Counted from the stretch's first letter, positions 1 to 9,140 are shown. The stretch: DNA of 64,000 nucleotides from Syntrophales bacterium (GCA_963666365.2 CAXXNF010000001.1:1472442-1536441); one strand, 5' to 3'. The notes: generated from the letters alone by a model not told the origin. Numbers and translations: made by a program.

Positions 1-1
1 G

Positions 2-187
2 GGCCTGCTTACGGCAGAGGAGGTGCTCGAGGTTGTCGAGGCAAAGCCGGAGACGGTCGAACTGGTGCTGACCGGCCGGGACGCCGATCCGCGGATTGTG
101 GAGAGGGCCGATCTGGTAACGGAGATGATCGAAATCAAGCACTATTTCAATCAAGGTGTGCAGGCACGAAGGGGCATTGAACAGTAA
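2..187 (+). CDS. cobO: Cob(I)yrinic acid a,c-diamide adenosyltransferase (CobO/BtuR), C-terminal part; 5' end outside the window
   Basis: Manual translation from position 2 gives ...VELVLTGRDADPRIVERADLVTEMIEIKHYFNQGVQARRGIEQ*. LVLTGR, ADLVTEM and KHxFxxGxxARxGIE are the CobO C-terminal signature. It lies upstream of cobU/T/S. Confidence 0.9.
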   Translation, partial: GLLTAEEVLEVVEAKPETVELVLTGRDADPRIVERADLVTEMIEIKHYFNQGVQARRGIEQ

Positions 188-188
188 T

Positions 189-258
189 TTGGTCCTTCTG
201 GTCTATTCGGTCCTTTGGGTCTATTCGGTCCTTTTGGTCTATTTGGTTCATTTGGTCG
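189..258. repeat. 9-bp tandem satellite (GGTCT[A/G]TTT-like; reverse CAGACCAAA type)
   Basis: About 7 degenerate units directly after the cobO stop. The same satellite recurs near 2705, 5631, 13917, 14904, 29710, 42295, 45785, 50337, 52815 and 53045. Confidence 0.85.
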
Positions 259-302
259 AATGGGAGTTTGGTTCGCAACGCAATTTACCATTTTGGGAGA
301 GG

Positions 303-1090
303 GTTGTCTCGACGACCACAGCGTCCTTGCGGGAGAACAAAAAAGAAAAAGCATTTCGCGCAGAGCCGCCGAGGCGCAGAGGAAGAGAGAAAAGAAAAAT
401 ATAAATAGGTTTTCTCAGCGTTCCTGCGCCTCTGCGGGAGGAAAAGAAGGTAAAAGAAAGAGACGCAAGATCGCGCAGGGGCATAGAAAACAAGATAGAC
501 CAAGGAAAATATCTAAAAGTTGTCTCGACGACCACAGCGTCCCTGCGGGAGAACAAAAAAGAAAAAGCATTTCGCGCAGAGCCGCCGAGGCGCAGAGGAA
601 GAGAGAAAAGAAGCATATAAAAAGGGTTTTCTCAGCGTCCCTGCGCCTCTGCGGGAGGAAAAGAAGGTAAAAGAAAGAGACGCAAGATCGCGCAGGGGCA
701 TAGAAAACAAGAGAGACCAAGGAAAATATCTAAAGGTTTTCTCGACGACCACAGCGTCCCTGCGGGAGAACAAAAAAGAAAAAGCATTTCACGCAGAGCC
801 GCCGAGGCGCAGAGGAAGAGAGAAAAGAAAAATATAAATAGGTTTTCTCGGCGTTCTCCGCGCCACTGCGGGAGGAAAAGGAGGTAAAAGAAAGAGACGC
901 AAGATCGCGCAGGGGCATAGAAAACAAGATAGACCAAGGAAAATATCTAAAGGTTGTCTCAACGACCACAGCGTCCCTGCGGGAGAACAAAAAAGAAAAA
1001 GCATTTCGCGCAGAGCCGCCGAGGCGCAGAGGAAGAGAGAAAAGAAAAATATAAATAGGTTTTCTCAGCGTTCCTGCGCCTCTGCGGGAG
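303..1090 (+). repeat. Tandem array of about 3.6 x 217-bp units built from family-A palindromes (CGCAGAG.CGCCGAGGCGCAGAG / CCTGCGCCTCTGCGGGAG)
   Basis: Units start at about 303, 519, 736 and 953 (GTT[G/T]TCTC[G/A]ACGACCACAGCGTCC). They are near-identical and have no unique spacers. Confidence 0.95.
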
Positions 1091-1122
1091 AAGAAAAAGG
1101 CAATAATAAAGGGGCATTCCAA

Positions 1123-2070
1123 GTGGAAAATAAAGAAGATGACATTTTGTATGAGGTAAGGGACCGATTCTCCGAGGCGGTGAGGAGAACCCATGCCCAG
1201 GGCATCCTCTTTTCCGGGGGGCTCGATTCCGCCCTGGTAGCGGCCTATGCACGGGATGCAGTTGCCCTTTCCGTGGGGCTCCTCCCGGGCAGTGACGATG
1301 AGCCCTATGCCGAGGCCGTGGCAACGCATCTTGGTCTCGATCACCGCCCTGTGCGGATAACGCCTGATGAGGCGCTGGAAGCGATTCCCGCCGTTGTCAC
1401 GGCGCTGCGAAGCTTTGACCCGGCCATCCCCAATGATGTGACGATCTATCTCGGTCTTTCCCATGCAAAGGAGAGGGGTATGGCGAGTGTGATGACCGGT
1501 GACGGCAGTGACGAGGTTTTTGCCGGCTATTCCTTCATGCGGGAAATGGACGACCTTGAATCGTATATGGACAGAATGCATTCGTCCATGAGGTTCAGCG
1601 CCTCTATACTCGGGGCGGCTCTGGGCATCGATGTGCGGCAGCCCTTTCTGGACGAAGCATTTTTTACCTTTGCAAAAACGCTTGATCTTTCCTGGAAGAT
1701 AGGCAAAGAAAATGGCACTGTCCGGGGAAAGCTTATTCTCCGCAGGGCCTTTGAGGGGGTGCTCCCGCCGGCAATACTATGGCAGCGCAAGCGGTCTCTG
1801 GAGTATGGATCGGGCATGACACGTCTGAGAGGGATTATTGAATCGATGATCGCCGACAGTGAATACGAGAAGGCACAGGAAAAATATTCCATCCGGTTTC
1901 GCAGCAAGGAGCATTTTTACTATTATCGTATCTACCGGGATGTGGTTGGTGAGATTCCCGCGCCTGAAACGGGGCAGAAGCGCTGCGCAGGATGCGGCGG
2001 CGGCATGAGCCCCGACGCCTTTCACTGCAGCATATGCGGCAATGTAGAGAACTGGAGGACAGGGGCATGA
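1123..2070 (+). CDS. Asparagine synthase-like PP-loop ATPase (synthetase domain only) with C-terminal CxxC...CxxC zinc ribbon
   Basis: Motifs LFSGGLDS, TGDGSDEVFAGY, RQPFLD and GKLILRRAF; C-terminal CAGC...CSIC; no N-terminal glutaminase domain. Confidence 0.8.
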   Translation: MENKEDDILYEVRDRFSEAVRRTHAQGILFSGGLDSALVAAYARDAVALSVGLLPGSDDEPYAEAVATHLGLDHRPVRITPDEALEAIPAVVTALRSFDPAIPNDVTIYLGLSHAKERGMASVMTGDGSDEVFAGYSFMREMDDLESYMDRMHSSMRFSASILGAALGIDVRQPFLDEAFFTFAKTLDLSWKIGKENGTVRGKLILRRAFEGVLPPAILWQRKRSLEYGSGMTRLRGIIESMIADSEYEKAQEKYSIRFRSKEHFYYYRIYRDVVGEIPAPETGQKRCAGCGGGMSPDAFHCSICGNVENWRTGA

Positions 2071-2183
2071 GCGGTTTCGTATTCTGGAGCGGCGGAAAAA
2101 GCGCGGCGCCGGCCTGCGGGGGTGTGGAGGGCTATCGCCCGTCCTGCCTTTTCATAATGGCCCGGAAGGAAGAGGGACTGTGA
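2067..2183 (+). pseudogene. 38-codon remnant resembling the N-terminus of a Dph6/DUF71 (diphthine-ammonia ligase-like) PP-loop ATPase
   Basis: MSGFVFWSGGKSAAPACGGVEGYRPSCLFIM resembles xSWSGGKDSxxA...G....L..M. It is translationally coupled on both sides (ATGA at 2067-2070, GTGA at 2180-2183). Confidence 0.5.
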
Positions 2184-2695
2184 TTATTTTTGTGACCGGC
2201 GGCGCCCGGAGCGGTAAAAGCGATTTTGCGCAGGATCTGGCTGAGAAGAGGAGCGGGAGGCGCCTCTTCGTGGCGACGGCGGAGGCCTTTGATGACGAGA
2301 TGCGCGCCCGCATTTTGAACCATAAAAAGCGGCGGGGAGATCGCTGGGATACGGTGGAGGAGGCGATTCATCTCGGAAAGGTAATGAAAACGTCGGCCCA
2401 AGGCTACGACACTGTGTGTATCGATTGTTGCACCCTCTGGATGTCGAACCTTATGGGCGCCTACCCTCAGGAAACTGAAAGGGCGGAAACTGTAATTGAC
2501 GAATTCTTCGCTGGTCTCGAGGGATTCAAAGGCACTCTTATTGTGATATCAAACGAAGTCGGCCTGGGGATCGTGCCGGAAAACGCGCTTGCGCGGGAAT
2601 ACCGGGATCGACTGGGATTTCTGAACCAGCGCATGGCCAGAAGGGCGGACAGGGTCTATTTCATGATTGCGGGGATGCCGCTGGCAGTGAAATAA
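2180..2695 (+). CDS. cobU: Bifunctional adenosylcobinamide kinase / adenosylcobinamide-phosphate guanylyltransferase
   Basis: Motifs TGGARSGKS, EMRARIxxHxxRR, SNEVGLGIVP and RxYRDxLGxLNQ. Confidence 0.95.
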   Translation: MIIFVTGGARSGKSDFAQDLAEKRSGRRLFVATAEAFDDEMRARILNHKKRRGDRWDTVEEAIHLGKVMKTSAQGYDTVCIDCCTLWMSNLMGAYPQETERAETVIDEFFAGLEGFKGTLIVISNEVGLGIVPENALAREYRDRLGFLNQRMARRADRVYFMIAGMPLAVK

Positions 2696-2720
2696 ACAGA
2701 GGATTGTCTGGTCTGTTTGA

Positions 2721-2752
2721 CCCCGGTGAAATAGGCTTCGCATTTCACGGGG
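2721..2752. repeat. Family-G hairpin CCCCGGTGAAATAGGCTTCGCATTTCACGGGG embedded in 9-bp satellite
   Basis: Near-identical copies at 5649-5678 and 14924-14953, and inverted copies at 29680-29710, 45754-45784 and 53013-53044. Confidence 0.9.
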
Positions 2753-2806
2753 TAAATCTGTCTGGTTCGTTTGAAGTTGTTACTATACACTGTGGGTGAA
2801 GTGGGT

Positions 2807-3871
2807 ATGATGCAAGAATTGGAAAAAGTACTTAAATCTATCGAGCCGTTGGACAGCGAATGGCTCACGAGGGCGCAGGGCAGGCTGGATTCGCTTACAA
2901 AACCGCCGGGAAGTCTGGGAAAACTGGAGACCATCGCCCGTCGCTATGCGGCAATCAAGAAGGATTTGAAACCCTCTACGGGAAGGAAAATGATCGTGAC
3001 CTTCGCCGGCGACCATGGTGTGGTGGTTGAAGGGGTAAGTGCCTTTCCTCAGGCGGTGACGGTGCAGATGGTGCGAAATATGCTTGAGGGCGGGGCCGCC
3101 GTGAATGTGCTTGCCCGTCATGCCGGTGCGGAAGTGACCGTGGTTGATATAGGCGTAAACTATGATTTCGATCCGACCGAAGGGGTGTGTATCAGGAAGA
3201 TCGGCTACGGGACACGGAATTGCGCCCTCGAACCGGCCATGACCCGAGATGAAGCCCTTCGGGCCCTTATGACGGGCATCGAGCTGGCAAAGAATCTGGC
3301 ACGGGAAGGATACGACATGCTCGGAACCGGTGAAATGGGAATCGGAAATACAACTCCTTCCAGTGCCCTGTTTGCCGTGATGGCGGGGTTGCATCCCCGG
3401 GAGGTGACGGGAAGGGGGACCGGTGTTGATGACGAGGCGCTGAAAAAAAAGATTGCCGTGATTGAAAAGGCGATAGCCCTGAACCGGCCCGATCCGACGG
3501 ACCCTCTGGATGTGCTGGCCAAGGTGGGGGGCTATGAAATAGCCGGGATCGCCGGGCTGATCATCGGGGGGGCCGCCTCGCGACTGCCCGTGGTGGTCGA
3601 TGGATTTATCTCCACTGCCGGTGCATTGATCGCCCTGGCGCTGAATGCCGTCATCGACGACTATGTGTTTTACTCCCACCTGTCGGCGGAGGCGGGGCAT
3701 AGACGCATGCTTGACTATCTGCATCAGGCGCCGATCATGAACCTCGACATGCGACTGGGGGAGGGAACAGGGGCCGCGGTGGCCATGACGGTTATCGAAG
3801 CCGCCATATCCGTCATGAAGGATATGGCAACCTTTGAATCGGCAGGTGTCGAGGGAAGGCCTACGCGGTGA
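2807..3871 (+). CDS. cobT: Nicotinate-nucleotide--dimethylbenzimidazole phosphoribosyltransferase
   Basis: Motifs LTKPPGSLGKLE, FAGDHGV, GEMGIGNTT, VVVDGFIS and LDMRLGEGTGA. ATG at 2807 chosen over the upstream TTG, which abuts the repeat. Confidence 0.96.
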   Translation: MMQELEKVLKSIEPLDSEWLTRAQGRLDSLTKPPGSLGKLETIARRYAAIKKDLKPSTGRKMIVTFAGDHGVVVEGVSAFPQAVTVQMVRNMLEGGAAVNVLARHAGAEVTVVDIGVNYDFDPTEGVCIRKIGYGTRNCALEPAMTRDEALRALMTGIELAKNLAREGYDMLGTGEMGIGNTTPSSALFAVMAGLHPREVTGRGTGVDDEALKKKIAVIEKAIALNRPDPTDPLDVLAKVGGYEIAGIAGLIIGGAASRLPVVVDGFISTAGALIALALNAVIDDYVFYSHLSAEAGHRRMLDYLHQAPIMNLDMRLGEGTGAAVAMTVIEAAISVMKDMATFESAGVEGRPTR

Positions 3872-4608
3872 GGGGACTGATAACGGCACTGCAGTTTTTG
3901 ACGATCATTCCGCTTTCCCGGAAGAGAGAGTGTTCCCGGGAGGAACTGGCGCGATCCATGGCCCTGTATCCCCTGGCGGGTCTTATTATCGGGATGTGTC
4001 TAGCGGCGGTTCATTGTATCTGCCGTCTCGTATTTCCTCCCCTGGTGACCGATGTGATGATCATCGGGGCGCTGGTCGTGATAACGGGGGCGCTTCATCT
4101 CGACGGGTTCGCCGACACGGTGGACGGACTGGCCGGCGGCGGTGACCGGACCCGGGTGCTTGCCATCATGAAGGACAGTAAGATCGGGTCCTTCGCTGTG
4201 GCGGGGATCTGTCTTCTTATGGTTCTGAAAATTTGTGCGCTCGGCGCCGTTCCCGAGGCGGTAAAGATAGAGGCCCTTATTGTGATGCCGGTGGTGTCGC
4301 GATGGTCACTGGTGCTGCTTGCAGCCTCTTTCCCTTACGCCAGAGACGAAGGGGGCACGGGGGCGCTCTTTGTCAGTCGTGTCGGAGGTTTTGAAATGGC
4401 GGTATCATCCATAATTGTACTGGTGATCGTGGCGGGATGTTTCCTTTTAAAAGGAATGGTGATATGGGTGGCCGCAGCCGCAATAACCGGCGCCCTGGGG
4501 TTGTGGTTCCGAAGGCGGATCGGCGGGATTACGGGGGATATTATGGGCGCCGTCAACGAGGTGAATGAAGTGGCGGTGCTTCTCGCCGTGGCGGCGATTT
4601 TGCCATGA
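3868..4608 (+). CDS. cobS: Adenosylcobinamide-GDP ribazoletransferase (cobalamin synthase)
   Basis: Motifs ALQFLTIIP, TGALHLDGFADTVDG, MKDSxIGSFAV and GGITGDIMGA; polytopic membrane protein. Confidence 0.95.
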   Translation: MRGLITALQFLTIIPLSRKRECSREELARSMALYPLAGLIIGMCLAAVHCICRLVFPPLVTDVMIIGALVVITGALHLDGFADTVDGLAGGGDRTRVLAIMKDSKIGSFAVAGICLLMVLKICALGAVPEAVKIEALIVMPVVSRWSLVLLAASFPYARDEGGTGALFVSRVGGFEMAVSSIIVLVIVAGCFLLKGMVIWVAAAAITGALGLWFRRRIGGITGDIMGAVNEVNEVAVLLAVAAILP

Positions 4609-4715
4609 GAGCGCCCGCTGCCGTCACCAGGGCATTGTGGGGGATGCGGCAAAAAGATGGAATCCTTTTTAAACGATCTGTGCACATTATTCCGCGGGAC
4701 CGCGATGGTAAAAAT

Positions 4716-5630
4716 ATGAGCATTGTGCCTTACAACAGAATGGGCGGCATCCTGTGCATGCTGATAGTGTGGTGTCTCTCGACAAATCCGGCCTGTTCGG
4801 CAACGATCACCGATGAAATGGGGAGGGAACTGACCCTTTCGTCCCTTCCCGTGCGGATTGTCTCACTGGCGCCGAGCATTACGGAGACGCTCTTTGCCCT
4901 GGGACTCGATCGCGAAATCGTCGGGGTGACCCGTTTCAGCAATTATCCCGAGGCGGTACGGTCAAAACCGAAAGTGGGCAGCTTTATAGGCCTTTCTCTT
5001 GAGAAGATTGTCGCCCTGAGGCCCGACCTGGTGATCGGTACCGCCGACGGAAACAAGCGGGAAACGATCGATCAGCTTGCGCAGATCGGCATTCCTGTAT
5101 ATATTACCAATCCTACCACCCTGGAGGGTATCTTCGAAACAATTGCCGGCCTTGGCGCCATCACGGGACGGTCCGATGAAGCCCGCGCCGTGGTGAGAGA
5201 GCTTCGGCGCCGGGTGGAGAAGGTCGGTAATGCGGCAGGAAAACGCGCCCATCGGCGGGTCTTTTTTCAAATCGGCATACATCCCATTGTGTCGGTGGGG
5301 CGCGGAACACTGCACGACAGATTGATCACGCTTGCCGGCGGGATCAATGTGGCTGGAAATATCGACGTTACCTACCCGAGGATGAGCATTGAACAGATAA
5401 TCGCCGCCATGCCCGACATCATCATTGTTTCGTCGATGAAAAGGGGGGGCGATTTTAATGAGGTCGGCAGGACCTGGGAGCGATGGAAAGAGATCCCTGC
5501 GGTAAAGAACAATAAAGTATTTACCATCGACAGTGATATTGTCGATCACCATTCGCCGCGCATTGTTGACGGCCTGGAGGCCCTTGCAGCGCTGATTCAT
5601 CCGGAGTGCGCCGCTGCCGGGGGGAAATGA
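4716..5630 (+). CDS. btuF: Cobalamin/iron-chelate ABC periplasmic binding protein (BtuF-like)
   Basis: Motifs RIVSLAPSITETLFALG, EKIVALRPDLVI and PRIVDGLE, with a signal-like hydrophobic stretch. Start uncertain; the ORF is open from 4605. Confidence 0.8.
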   Translation: MSIVPYNRMGGILCMLIVWCLSTNPACSATITDEMGRELTLSSLPVRIVSLAPSITETLFALGLDREIVGVTRFSNYPEAVRSKPKVGSFIGLSLEKIVALRPDLVIGTADGNKRETIDQLAQIGIPVYITNPTTLEGIFETIAGLGAITGRSDEARAVVRELRRRVEKVGNAAGKRAHRRVFFQIGIHPIVSVGRGTLHDRLITLAGGINVAGNIDVTYPRMSIEQIIAAMPDIIIVSSMKRGGDFNEVGRTWERWKEIPAVKNNKVFTIDSDIVDHHSPRIVDGLEALAALIHPECAAAGGK

Positions 5631-5779
5631 CGGTCTGGTCCATTTGGTCCCGGTGAAATAGGCTTGCATTTCACGGGGTAAATCTGTGTGGTCGAATGAG
5701 GGAGAACAAGTAAATTCCCTGGGAGTCGAAAGATCAGGCTCATTGCAGATTTTTCCGGGTGTGAAAGGAAGAAAAAACC

Positions 5780-6400
5780 ATGCTGGAGTACTTTTATCAG
5801 GGAGGGCCGGTTATGTACCCCCTGCTCTTCTGTTCCATCCTTTCCCTTACCATCGTTATCGAACGGGGAATGTTCTGGATCAGAGAGAGAAAAAGGCGGG
5901 ATCGGCGACGCCTGGATCTCATGATGGATCTTTTTGAAAAAAAAGATCTCGAGGGGGCAAAAAAGGTTGCTGCGAACACGGCGGATTTCGTAATCCGGGT
6001 GCTGGTATGCGGCATTGTGCACCGGGAGTTTTCCCTTCGCGACGCCCTCAGGATGGCTGCCGACGAGGAGATAAGCCGCATGCGCCGCTATCTGCCGATT
6101 CTGGATACGATGATTACCCTGGCGCCCCTGCTGGGCATTCTCGGAACGGTCACCGGCATTATCTTTTCCTTTAATATGCTGGGAGTCGTGGGGGTGGAAG
6201 ATCCCCGTGCGATTACGGCAGGCATTGCCCAGGCCCTTATTACTACGGCCTTTGGACTGGCCGTGGCCATTTTGAGCCTGATTCCTTACAACTATTTTAT
6301 AAGCCGGGTGGAAAAGGCGGCCCTTGAAATTGAACAATACGCCACCAGTCTGGAAATTCTTGTTGAAAAAAACAAAAACGCTTCGGAGTTCCTCTCATGA
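5780..6400 (+). CDS. exbB: MotA/TolQ/ExbB proton channel protein
   Basis: Motifs APLLGILGTVTGII and GIAQALITTAFGLAVAI; followed by exbD and tonB. Confidence 0.9.
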   Translation: MLEYFYQGGPVMYPLLFCSILSLTIVIERGMFWIRERKRRDRRRLDLMMDLFEKKDLEGAKKVAANTADFVIRVLVCGIVHREFSLRDALRMAADEEISRMRRYLPILDTMITLAPLLGILGTVTGIIFSFNMLGVVGVEDPRAITAGIAQALITTAFGLAVAILSLIPYNYFISRVEKAALEIEQYATSLEILVEKNKNASEFLS

Positions 6401-6798
6401 AGCTGGATACACACTATATGAAAAAGGCGCGCATCGAAATGATTCCCCTTATCGATGTCATTTTTCTTCTCCTCGTAACCTTTATTCTCTTTACCATGTC
6501 TATGACGGTGCACCGGGGCGTGCCGGTTGCGCTTCCCACGGCTTCGACAGGAACGATTGAGAAAAAAAATGTGATTGATATCTCGGTCCGCCAGGACGGC
6601 AGCATCTTTATAGAGGGGGAGAAGATTCTTATTCCCCGGCTGGCGGTCAGGATTGCGGCACTGCACCGGACCGCGCCGGAAAAGATTGTCTTGATTTCGG
6701 GGGACAGGAAAACCTCCTACGAAGTGATGGTTGCCGTGATGGATGCGGTGAGAAAGGCGGGCATCGCCGAAGTGTCTCTGGAGACGGTGTGGAAGTAA
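6397..6798 (+). CDS. exbD: ExbD/TolR biopolymer transport protein
   Basis: Motifs MIPLIDVIFLLLVTF and ISGDRKTSYEVMVAVMD. Confidence 0.9.
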   Translation: MKLDTHYMKKARIEMIPLIDVIFLLLVTFILFTMSMTVHRGVPVALPTASTGTIEKKNVIDISVRQDGSIFIEGEKILIPRLAVRIAALHRTAPEKIVLISGDRKTSYEVMVAVMDAVRKAGIAEVSLETVWK

Positions 6799-7589
6799 CG
6801 CGTGTATCTGATCTGTGCGTAGCGGTACTGTGTGCCCTGGCGATTCACGGGGGTATTGCCGCGATGCGAGTTTCTTTTCCCTCTGTTATGCCGGAGGCGG
6901 GGCCTGCCGTTAAGAGACCCCTGAACGTGCGGCTTGATGCCGCCATGATCGAGGTGCCTGAGGAGGAACAGGCGATGCCTCCCGAGGAAAGGATTGTTCC
7001 GGTCGTTGAGAGACGGGAAAATATTGAGAAACAGACGCCGGCCCTGCCGGATGTCGCCGTCCCGATGGATCGGAAAGAGATGGTAAAAGAGGAGGCAGCC
7101 CCCATAGCGCAGTCTCCCGCAGTTGATGAGGGAAGGGTGAAAAAACCCGCCGAGAGGGCGATCACAGAATCATCGGAAAAGGCTCAGCCGACCACAGAGG
7201 TAAAAAAGAAACGCCCCGTCGCATCCTCCGAAAAGCATCCAAGTCAGGTTACGGCAGAACCTGTCCCACCGCAGAAGGTGTTGACCGCAAAGAGCCCCGC
7301 CCGTCCCGATGTGGTGGCCGCCGTTCCCCGATACCGGGACAATCCGCCCCCCCTCTATCCTTCCGTTGCACGACGGAGGGGATACGAGGGTCTGGTGATA
7401 CTCTCCGTGGTGGTGCGTAGCGATGGCACGGTAGGCGATGTCCGGGTGAAAGAATCATCGGGAAAGAAAATACTTGATCGCGCCGCGGTCAGCGGTGTAC
7501 GGGCATGGCGTTTCGAGCCGGGTTCACGTGATGGAGTGGTGTGCGAAATGACTGTTGACGTGCCGATCCGTTTCGTCTTACAAGAATAG
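6789..7589 (+). CDS. tonB: Energy transducer TonB
   Basis: N-terminal anchor with His (ALAIHG), a Pro/Glu/Lys-rich linker, and a C-terminal domain with YPxxARRRGYEG...SSG..ILDRAA...WRFEP. Confidence 0.88.
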   Translation: MEVTRVSDLCVAVLCALAIHGGIAAMRVSFPSVMPEAGPAVKRPLNVRLDAAMIEVPEEEQAMPPEERIVPVVERRENIEKQTPALPDVAVPMDRKEMVKEEAAPIAQSPAVDEGRVKKPAERAITESSEKAQPTTEVKKKRPVASSEKHPSQVTAEPVPPQKVLTAKSPARPDVVAAVPRYRDNPPPLYPSVARRRGYEGLVILSVVVRSDGTVGDVRVKESSGKKILDRAAVSGVRAWRFEPGSRDGVVCEMTVDVPIRFVLQE

Positions 7590-7612
7590 GGAGATGACCA
7601 CAGGAGGAAAAA

Positions 7613-8188
7613 ATGGAAAGTAATGATATGAAAATGCGGCTTGCTGAAATGATTTTGAAGAAATCCTTTCGCTACAGCGACAATCCCCCCTTTACCCTGG
7701 CTTCGGGAAAGAAGAGCAATTATTATTTTAATTGCAAGCCCACCACGCTGGATCCCGAGGGAATGTACCTGATCGGCAATGTCATCTTTGCTATGCTGGA
7801 AACATCAGACATTACCGCGGTGGGGGGGCTGACCCTGGGGGCCGATCCCATAGCCAACGCAATTTCGATTATTTCCTACCAGCGGGGACGGCCCATCAAG
7901 GCCTTTATTGTGCGCAAGGACGTCAAGGCCCATGGCACGCGCAGCGCCGTAGAAGGGAATGTCGAAGCGGGGGAACGGGTGATCGTGCTTGACGATGTCA
8001 TCACTACCGGAGGATCAACGATTCAGGCAATCGAAAAGGCCAGGGAGGCAGGACTCATTGTTGACGGGGTAATCGCCCTCATCGATCGTCAGGAGGGGGG
8101 ACGGGAGAATATAGAGCGCGTTGTTTCCAATGTGCGGGCGGTCTTTACCCGTGAGGAAATCATGGAGCATTACCGGCGGGAAGACTGA
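7613..8188 (+). CDS. pyrE: Orotate phosphoribosyltransferase
   Basis: Motifs FTLASGKKSNYY, VRKDVKAHG and VLDDVITTGGS. Confidence 0.93.
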   Translation: MESNDMKMRLAEMILKKSFRYSDNPPFTLASGKKSNYYFNCKPTTLDPEGMYLIGNVIFAMLETSDITAVGGLTLGADPIANAISIISYQRGRPIKAFIVRKDVKAHGTRSAVEGNVEAGERVIVLDDVITTGGSTIQAIEKAREAGLIVDGVIALIDRQEGGRENIERVVSNVRAVFTREEIMEHYRRED

Positions 8189-8199
8189 GAGTATAGCAC

Positions 8200-8343
8200 G
8201 CTTTGCATAATGCATCTTTCTGTCATTCCGGGCGTGACCCGGAATCCAGAAAGTGCGTGAAAAAACTAGATACCTCCCGGACTTGATCCGGGACCTGCCG
8301 GTATGACGAAATTGGCGATTTTATGAGATTCTGCAAAGGTTTC
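8200..8343 (+). mobile_element. Family-B miniature element: ~140-150 bp, (GAGA)CCTTTGC...GCAAAGGT[C/T]TC-like ends enclosing GTCATTCCGGG..CCCGGAATCCAG palindromes
   Basis: Homologous copies at 52609-52755, 52831-52984, 54242-54370 (inverted), 46399-46530 (right end missing) and 57918-58058. Confidence 0.75.
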
Positions 8344-8387
8344 GGAGTAAACGGTCAGTATGCCGAACGCATCCACAGGAACGTCTC

Positions 8388-8434
8388 CTGCGGAAGGGGT
8401 GGTTTCACATCGAGCAGTGAATCCTCTTCCGCAG
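8388..8434. terminator. Stem-loop between convergent pyrE and small ORF
   Basis: CTGCGGAAGGGG...TCAC / GTGA...CCTCTTCCGCAG imperfect inverted repeat. Confidence 0.45.
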
Positions 8435-8465
8435 CATGAAATCAAGTTTTTATCCGGAAGTTTTT

Positions 8466-8627
8466 TTATTCGGTTTTTTTCGCTTTTCTCCCCCGGCTTT
8501 CTTTCTTTAGTATGCCCATATTAACAAGGTATTTTTTCAAAGGCACTATTTCCTTGTCGATTTCTTCCCTTTGCTTCAATAATTCTTCGTAGCGCTTTTT
8601 TGCAACGTTTCTGAATTCACTGTCCAT
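8466..8627 (-). CDS. Small basic coiled-coil hypothetical protein (53 aa)
   Basis: Strong RBS (GGAGG) before ATG 8627. Sequence MDSEFRNVAKKRYEELLKQREEIDKEIVPLKKYL...KKESRGRKAKKTE. Confidence 0.65.
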   Translation of the reverse strand: MDSEFRNVAKKRYEELLKQREEIDKEIVPLKKYLVNMGILKKESRGRKAKKTE

Positions 8628-8785
8628 TATTTTTTTACCTCCATTTTTTATGGTCAAACGAAAGGTGATATTATCACATATTATCTCAAAAATACCACCA
8701 GCTTTTTAACCGTTAATAAATGCACTTTATTGCATGTTTTGAGTGTGCTAAAATTACGTTCCGACAAAGAAAAAAGGAGGAATGT

Positions 8786-9058
8786 ATGTACGATGTCAAA
8801 TGTACGGTGAAATCCGTAAAAGGATTCTGTTCGGCGGGGTACAAAGCGGGTGATTATTTTTATGTAAAAGATGGATTGATGATAGAGGCGGCAACGCCGA
8901 AGGGCATATGCATGTACGCCCTGCCCGCGCTGCTCCCCTATCTTACCGCCTATTGCCGTGAAACGCCCGAAGGCGACTGGATCAACACGGTCGGGGAATT
9001 GCAGTGCCCCGACAGTGCCAATACGGTGATATTCGAAATTGAACGAATTGAAATATAG
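8786..9058 (+). CDS. TIGR04076-like small Cys-containing protein
   Basis: RBS AAGGAGG; pattern VKGFCSAGYKAGD.F...GICMYA...QCPD...VIFEI. Confidence 0.75.
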   Translation: MYDVKCTVKSVKGFCSAGYKAGDYFYVKDGLMIEAATPKGICMYALPALLPYLTAYCRETPEGDWINTVGELQCPDSANTVIFEIERIEI

Positions 9059-9085
9059 CCAGGATTTGGGAGGGTGTACTATGTG

Positions 9086-9123
9086 AAAAAAGCCGGAGAC
9101 CTTTGAATCCGTCTCCGGCTTTT
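9086..9123. terminator. Bidirectional intrinsic terminator
   Basis: AAAAAGCCGGAGAC-loop-GTCTCCGGCTTTT between convergent genes. Confidence 0.85.
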
Positions 9124-9140
9124 GATAAAAACACCAGTGC

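Noticed and set aside
303..1090. Possible CRISPR array
   Set aside because: The whole 217-bp unit repeats, with no unique spacers, and no cas genes are in the window.
151..1324. Many short ORFs (e.g. SRRAAEAQRKREKK, LRLGGSAR peptides); similar ones at 14768-15321, 23256-24195, 25456-25794 and 29236-29526
   Set aside because: They are translations of family-A repeats in several frames with no independent coding signal.
188..5780. Cobalamin riboswitch in the cob/btu spacers
   Set aside because: The spacers are explained by repeat families and I found no B12-box. One may lie upstream of the window.
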